A DNA stretch of 64,000 bases, taken from NCBI RefSeq assembly GCF_006345805.1, contig NC_043000.1, positions 1,426,001 to 1,490,000 on the forward strand. The letters run 5' to 3'. Under the pieces are notes generated by a model. The model made no database searches, had not been told where the DNA came from, and saw nothing but the letters and a program-made list of their open reading frames with translations. This document shows positions 61,632 to 64,000 of the stretch, in pieces. Position 1 is the stretch's first letter, and every line of letters starts with the position of its first letter. The stretch is from Octopus sinensis (Eukaryota). The translations under genes were made by a program, and so were the position numbers.

Positions 61632-61946
61632 GCTCAGTGGTTAGAGTGTCAGGTTCACAATCACGAGGTAGTGAGTTTGATTCCTGTACTGGACAGTGCA
61701 TTATTTTCTTGAGCAAGACACTTTATTTCATGTTGCTCCAGTTCACTCAGCTGTAGAAATGAGTTGTGACGTCACAGGTGCCAAGCTGTATTGCCTTTCC
61801 CTTGGACAAAATCATGGAGAGGGGAGACTGGCATACATGGATTACTGATGGTCTTCCATAAACAACCTTGCCTGGACTTGTACCTTGGAGGGAACTTCCT
61901 AGGTGCAATCTCATGGTCATTCACGACCAAAGTGGGTCTTTACCCT
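61632..61946 (+). mobile_element. tRNA-headed SINE with 13-bp TSD
   Basis: taaggtcacaatg at 61619-61631 and 61947-61959; head gctcagtggttagagtg...gagtttgattcc. Confidence 0.65.
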
Positions 61947-62114
61947 TAAGGTCACAATGAATAGAATCAGTGAGTTTTGCTTCCCTTCCTGCTCGAATGA
62001 AGCCATTATTTCATTTCCCTTTCGATGCTAACGACTCTCTGAAGCTCACGAATATCACATCACCTTCTTGCACATCTATCAGAAATCACTAAACAATGAC
62101 TCTCTTGTTTGCAG

Positions 62115-62268
62115 GCAATGCAATGGGTTACATCCGCATGATCCGGTCAGGTGGGTTGCATTGTTGCAGCAATGCAATTCGGTTTATCCCAGACTTAGAA
62201 GACATTGAAAGTTTTGAAGAACTCTCTGCCAAAGAAGGTCTCTCTTCAGAATGTCAACTGGCTGCAAA
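62115..62268 (+). CDS. WASHC4: WASHC4 coding exon 18 in window
   Basis: ttgcAG|gc...aa|GTaagt; (G)[50 protein letters not shown]. Confidence 0.96.
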
Positions 62269-62716
62269 GTAAGTTTCTGGAGCATTCTTTTTGTTTTCAT
62301 TTTTTTTTGTCCCCTCTATGTTTAGCCCCTTGTGGGTCAATAAAGAAATAAGAAACTGTGCAAATGGCCACTGAATAAAAGAATGAACAGAATGTGACGA
62401 GGAGGTAGATGTTAACCCTTTAGCATTTAAACCGGCCATATCCGGCCAAAAATATTCTGCTTGTTTTATGTCCAAACTGGCCAGATCTGGTCTCTCACAC
62501 CAACCCTACAATATCGTTTGAGAAATGAACAGCTACCTCATCAAAATCTCAATGCTACAAGATAATGCATGATTAGTTCAAAACAGTGTGGATGAAGAAG
62601 CATTAATTTTAGCAGAATAATGCAAACACTAAAGGGTTAAAGACCGTTCACATCTCTTTTGAGATTCAACAAATCCTACTACAGCATGCTTATGAATTTT
62701 GTTTTCATCTCACCAG

Positions 62717-62780
62717 GAATCTGGATGCTGTTATAAATAACCTGTCTAAGAATTTTGCAGAAGGAACTGAATATTTCAAG
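62717..62780 (+). CDS. WASHC4: WASHC4 coding exon 19 in window; gene continues beyond window
   Basis: caccAG|g...aag|GTaagt; (K)[21 protein letters not shown] vs human [21 protein letters not shown]. Confidence 0.94.
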
Positions 62781-62883
62781 GTAAGTTTTTTTTTATTTAA
62801 CCTTTTTCCCATACAAAGCATTTTCAGGAGTTTGTCCTAAATGTCCGACATGTTTTCAGGCTTTTAAGTAGCCCTTGTTTCAT

Positions 62884-63630
62884 TCATCATCATCATCATC
62901 ATCATCATCATCGTTTAACGTCCGCTTTCCATGCTAGCATGGGTTGGACGGTTCAACTGGGGTCTGGGGAGCCCGAAGGCTGCACCAGGCCAGTCAGATC
63001 TGGCAGTGTTTCTACAGCTGGATGCCCTTCCTAACGCCAACCACTCCGAGAGTGTAGTGGGTGATTTTATGTGCCACCGACACAGGTGCCAGACGAGGCT
63101 GGCGAACAGCCACGCTCGGATGGTGTTTTTTATGTGCCACCGACACAGGTGCCAGACAAGGCTGGCGAACGGCCACGTTCGGATGGTGTTTTTTATGTGC
63201 TACCGACACAGGTGCCAGACGAGGCTGGCGAACGGCCACGCTCGGATGGTGTTTTTTATGTGCCACCGACACAGGTGCCAGACGAGGCTGGTGAACGGCC
63301 ACGATCGGATGGTGTTTTTATGTGCCACCGACACAGGTGCCAGACGAGGCTGGTGAACGGCCACGATCGGATGGTGTTTGTTACGTGCCCACAGCACGGA
63401 GGCCAGTCAATGCGGTACTGGCTACGGCCACGTTCGGATGATTTTCTTATGTGCCACCGGCACTGGTACCACAAAGATACAAATTCCATTGATGTTCATC
63501 TATTTTGATTTGGTTTTTGGTTTTCATTTGCCTCAACAGGTCTTCACAAGTGTCACAAGAAGGAAGGTATGCACAGGTGGACTGACTACGTCCCAGGTAG
63601 GGGCCACGGGTTGTGGCCTCACTAGTCATT
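62884..63630 (-). mobile_element. RTE-like 3' UTR copy with 5 VNTR units
   Basis: same unit and flanks as the 8300 copy. Confidence 0.8.
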
Positions 63631-64000
63631 CTGAGTAATATAAAGCTTCTGTTTTTTTTTCCTAAGTCCCAAGTTACTCTGGTAGTTGAAAAAACTTGGG
63701 AATGTGTATCAGATATGATGCGTGGATACCAGGGGAATATGTCCTGTGTGTCATATGTTATACACAGGGCAGGTTAAAGGTTCTGAGGAGTGATGTGTGC
63801 GTGTGTTAGTGTCTCCTTGTCTTTATCTTTTACTCTTTACTCTTTTACTTGTTTTAGTCATTTGACTATGGCCATGCTGGAGCACCGCCTTTAGTCAAAC
63901 AAATCAACCCCAGGACTTATTCTTTGTAAGCCTAGTACTTATTCAATCAGTCTCTTTTGCCAAACTACTAAGTTATGGGGACGTAAGCACACCAGGATCG

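Noticed and set aside
63071-63508. ORFs with 21-aa PPTQVPDEAGERPRSDGVFY repeats (also 8476-8775, 50807-51307)
   Set aside because: Translations of the 63-bp VNTR in a dispersed retroelement 3' UTR; variable T-runs shift frames between copies.

Overview
Eukaryotic, AT-rich, repeat-dense genomic DNA. The SINE/LINE/MITE repertoire points to a coleoid cephalopod, probably Octopus (inference). The window holds 19 consecutive + strand coding exons of a WASHC4 (SWIP/KIAA1033, WASH complex subunit 4) orthologue. They total 2057 nt (~686 codons), all introns are GT-AG, splice phases are consistent, and both gene ends lie outside the window. No other intact protein-coding gene is supported; most ORF-track entries are repeat artefacts. 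The introns hold tRNA-headed SINEs, 3' remnants of RTE, CR1/L2 and R4/Dong LINEs, an internally deleted mariner, piggyBac-like and Tc1/mariner MITEs, non-autonomous Helitrons, a tRNA-Glu pseudogene and microsatellites. Main hunt results: (1) Several small non-coding elements carry type I hammerhead-ribozyme folds with palindromic minimal stem III, as in Penelope-like elements and retrozymes. They include a ~352-353 bp unit family with a conserved structured domain 78-79 nt after the predicted cleavage site, a tRNA-headed element inserted as a palindrome with a 14-bp TSD, and a ~266-bp near-perfect hairpin with a hammerhead fold in each arm. (2) A ~7 kb, 87-bp-unit satellite with no AG dinucleotide on the sense strand runs directly into the 3' splice site of a WASHC4 exon. 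All alignments and folds were done by eye and family names come from recalled motifs; ribozyme activity is untested.
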